A stretch of DNA of 64,000 nt from Novakomyces olei (taxonomy: Eukaryota). The stretch lies in contig JADEYG010000003.1 of NCBI GenBank assembly GCA_016906335.1, positions 1,240,001-1,304,000 on the forward strand, given 5' to 3'. The notes beneath the pieces are model-generated. The model saw only the letters and a program-made list of their open reading frames with translations. It made no database searches and had not been told where the DNA came from. Positions 61,007-64,000 of this stretch are shown here, one piece after another. The translations under genes and the position numbers were made by a program. The number at the start of each line of letters is the position of its first letter. The first letter of the stretch is position 1.

Positions 61007-63575
61007 ATGATGGCGGATGACAAGCACGGGGCAGTGGACAAATACTTGGAGGGAAACGACGGTTTCCTGTTTGCCAACTCGCTTCGATTAGGGTTCCGCG
61101 CCCAAGATTACTCGCGGTTTGAAGATGCCTCTGCCGCGTACGAGTCGGCAGTGAAGAAAGCACGTACTTCTTGGACAGAGCAATGTTTTAGCGATCTCCG
61201 GCCTCAGTATACTGTTGATAAGACGGTGGATGTCAGAGTCTGTACATGGAATATAAACGGCGCTCTGCCTTCTTGTGATCTTTCACAATGGATCGCGCCC
61301 TCAAAAGAGGAGAAGAGTGTTGTGGTTGTTGGGTACGTGTGCCGAGTTGTTGAATTTAAAAAACTGCTTATCGTCGTTGCTGTACATCCGAGGTCTTTGG
61401 ATCTCTTGTCTTGTCACCAGCTTTTAGTTTAGTTTAATATATTCATTTATTTATTTTTTAATCATGTGAAGTTTGCTTTAATTCTTCCGCTCAAGAGTCA
61501 GTATTGATGGTGCAGTCTACAGGAGATGGATATCACGAATGGAGCTTATATCCGGGATCGAACACAGATAATGGAATTTTGGCAAGATCGAATTCAAGAG
61601 ACTCTGGGTGATGACTATTATCTTGTACGTATTTATTTATTTATAAATTTATTCCCGGTACTCATGCGTCAGGTTTGTGCAAAACAGCTAGTGGGAACAT
61701 CACTGTTTGTGTTTGCGCCAAATGATGTCCAACCACGCATATCAGATGTGGAGACGTCGACAGCGGCCTGTGGTATAATGAGCCTGTTGGGCAACAAAGG
61801 AGCAGCGGCCGCCGGTTTCAAGGTAGATAGCACACGCCTTGCTTTTATTTCAAGTCATTTAGCGGCACAAGTGAGTCAGATACAAAGACGCAACAGTGAT
61901 TACAGCGAGATTGTGAGAAAGCTGACAAACGAAGGAATCAATCTTGCTTCTTGTGACGTCATTTTTTTCTTTGGAGACCTGAATTACCGGATAGATTTAC
62001 CAGGCGAAATCGTACGTGAGCTGCATGAACAGGGCAAATTTTCACAGCTCTTGCAACATGATCAACTGTTCGATCAGATAAAGCTTAATAATTCCTTTAC
62101 AAATTTTCACGAGGCACCAATAACGTTTCCGGCCACGTTCAAGTACGACAAAGGCACAAGCGTCTTTGATACGAGTGAAAAGAATCGGGTCCCGAGTTGG
62201 ACAGACCGGATTCTTTACAGCTCAGAGCGCGTTTCTCCCGAGCAGTATGATAGTGTAATGAGTCTGGTGGACAGCGATCACAAGCCCATTTTCCTGCAGT
62301 GTGCTACGCCCACACTGGCGATTGTGGAATCTCGATACAGAATTGTACGTGACCTAGTTCAGCGTAGACTCGACCTCTTCGAGAATGCCGTATTGCCCAA
62401 ACTCGACCAGGATAAAGACGTGTCTGACTTGTCTACTGTTCTTTTCCGCACTGGAAGTCGAGCGGCCTTTCGCCTCGAGAATAAAGGTCCAGTTGACTGT
62501 TTTTTCACCATTCAAATAGTCTGCTCAATAGGTGAACTGGCAAAGTCTTTCTCCGTTCAGCCGCAAACTGGCACTGTAAAACGCAGCCAGTCAGTGACGG
62601 TTAATTTGCAATTATATGTAGCTCACCAACTGCCCGATCCCGCTGATGGTGCGTTTGAACTGTTTGCTGTTACACACATTGTGGGTGGACAAGATTTATT
62701 TCATTCTATTAGAGGCGAATATGTCTCTACTTTTCTGGGCAAAAGTCTGCAGGCACTGGTGAAGCAAGATGAAGAAGCAGGGATCGTTTCAGCTTCGTCT
62801 TTGCCTCACGTCCTGTACCGGCTGTTTAATTTTTTGATGAGTTATGCTGTCAAAGAGGTAAGATGAGGCGGAGTTTGTTCCACAGAAAACAAAACATTGT
62901 TAATCATATAAATTGGATTAATACAACCTTCACAAAATAAAGATTCAGGATTTGCTAATCTTCATAGCCCGGTCTATTTGTCGAGTCTAGTTCTCCGGAG
63001 GAACGAGCCAAATTCCTGCAACGTTTGAGTTTAGGGCAGAATATAGATGAGCTGGTTGGAGACGCAGAGACTTCGCGTCCGTGGATCTTGGCTGCAGGCA
63101 AAGTTCTTTTGGAATTTTTTGAAGCCTTGCCCTCTCCGTTTATAAAGGCGGACGAACTCGAACAGTGCGCCGCTGCGGCTGAAGGGTCGCCTGAGAGTGT
63201 ATGCGATTGATATGAATTTGTTGTTTTCTATCAATAAATTGTTTATTTATTTATTTATTTATTCATTTATTTATTCATTTATTTTATTCAATCGCTAACA
63301 AGTTGTAAAGGCGGTTGACATTCTTGATCCAATCAAGACAAATATACTAATGACATTCTGTGGCTTTTTCAAGATCCATGTGCAATCTCTCAATATGAGT
63401 CGGGGAGAAATTCGACAGATTGGTGAGCAATGACCGCACAATATTTCCATAGCTAATACTTTTAGTCAATCTCTGCGCGAGATCGATGTTTTGTCAGGAC
63501 GTCAAAAGTAGCCGCGCGGCAGTGAATACAGGAGTGCGATTAATACTGTCTATAGCCGGCGTGCCTGAAGAATAG
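61007..63575 (+). CDS. OCRL/INPP5B-like inositol polyphosphate 5-phosphatase with ASH-like and RhoGAP-like domains; about 6 exons
   Basis: TWNING, GNKGAA, FGDLNYRI, PSWTDRIL and SDHKPI, followed by LENKGPV..F (ASH-like) and LYRLFNFL...LLEFFEALPSP (RhoGAP-like). Confidence 0.88.
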
Positions 63576-63801
63576 CTTAATCAGGTGGGCTTTTGATTAT
63601 TGGACCTGTTTGATTTTAGACGATTTTGTAATATATTTCAAGCAATGCTAGATTTTGATATTTGTTCTAATGTAATTGACATCACACACCAAAACCTTTT
63701 GGTACAATTGAATTTCAAGTCACAATTCCAAGTTCATTATTTGTTGCTCTGATCGCAAATGCATCAATGAATCATTTCGAGCGCGTAAACAGCCGGGCTA
63801 C

Positions 63802-64000
63802 TTATAGCAAGTTGCTTACAACACTATCTAACCCCCCTTCATACTTGTTTAAGTCCTTTTGAGTTTTTATACCGAGTCGGCGAAGCACTTCAATCACTCG
63901 GCCACGAGAAAACCCCATACCTTCCAGCTGCTCTACCAGACCCAGGTCTATTCCGTACAGGGCAGCCTCGTCAGAAACAGCACTGTCATTACCACGTTTA
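63802..64000 (-). CDS. ubc1: Ubc1-type E2 C-terminal UBA domain (3' end of a gene running off the window)
   Basis: Minus-strand translation LYGIDLGLVEQLEGMGFSRGRVIEVLRRLGIK...VVSNLL* resembles the yeast Ubc1 UBA tail. Absent from the ORF track. Confidence 0.78.
   Translation of the reverse strand, partial: KRGNDSAVSDEAALYGIDLGLVEQLEGMGFSRGRVIEVLRRLGIKTQKDLNKYEGGLDSVVSNLL

Overview
A compact, intron-rich fungal chromosome segment with about 26 housekeeping genes. The gene set (uve1, aif1, sad1, cdm1/POLD4, ral2, OCRL-type phosphatase) and short GT..CTAAC/CTCAC..YAG/AAG introns suggest an early-diverging ascomycete such as Taphrinomycotina; this is inference only. Gene order: uve1 (5' partial), AIF-like, SUN-domain sad1, Pol delta p12, Bdf1, Rvb1, Mrp49-like, Get2-like, patatin lipase, Yta7/Abo1, Tra2-like RRM, Nop56, Gfo/Idh/MocA oxidoreductase, pyruvate dehydrogenase kinase, TBC Rab-GAP, Srs2, Ral2, Syg1/XPR1, NudC, Dph2, possible Atg28-like coiled coil, Cac2/Pcf2, Ypt35-like PX protein, Caj1/Djp1-type DnaJ, Msh6, OCRL-like 5-phosphatase, and the Ubc1 C-terminus. 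I built the exon/intron models by hand, so internal boundaries are provisional. Non-coding DNA is AT-rich, with many expanded micro- and minisatellites. I saw no transposon, tRNA, rRNA or CRISPR. Best leads: (1) a run of plus-strand G-U-containing stems around an Sm-like site in the 29.5-31.3 kb intergenic gap, a candidate unannotated structured RNA; (2) a possible intron across the stop codon of the Tra2-like gene that splices into a (GCTCAAAG)n array; (3) the same 9-bp satellite upstream of two chromatin AAA+ ATPase genes; (4) recurrent AACCCT/telobox and CGCG promoter motifs. I cannot claim a confirmed novel system from sequence alone.
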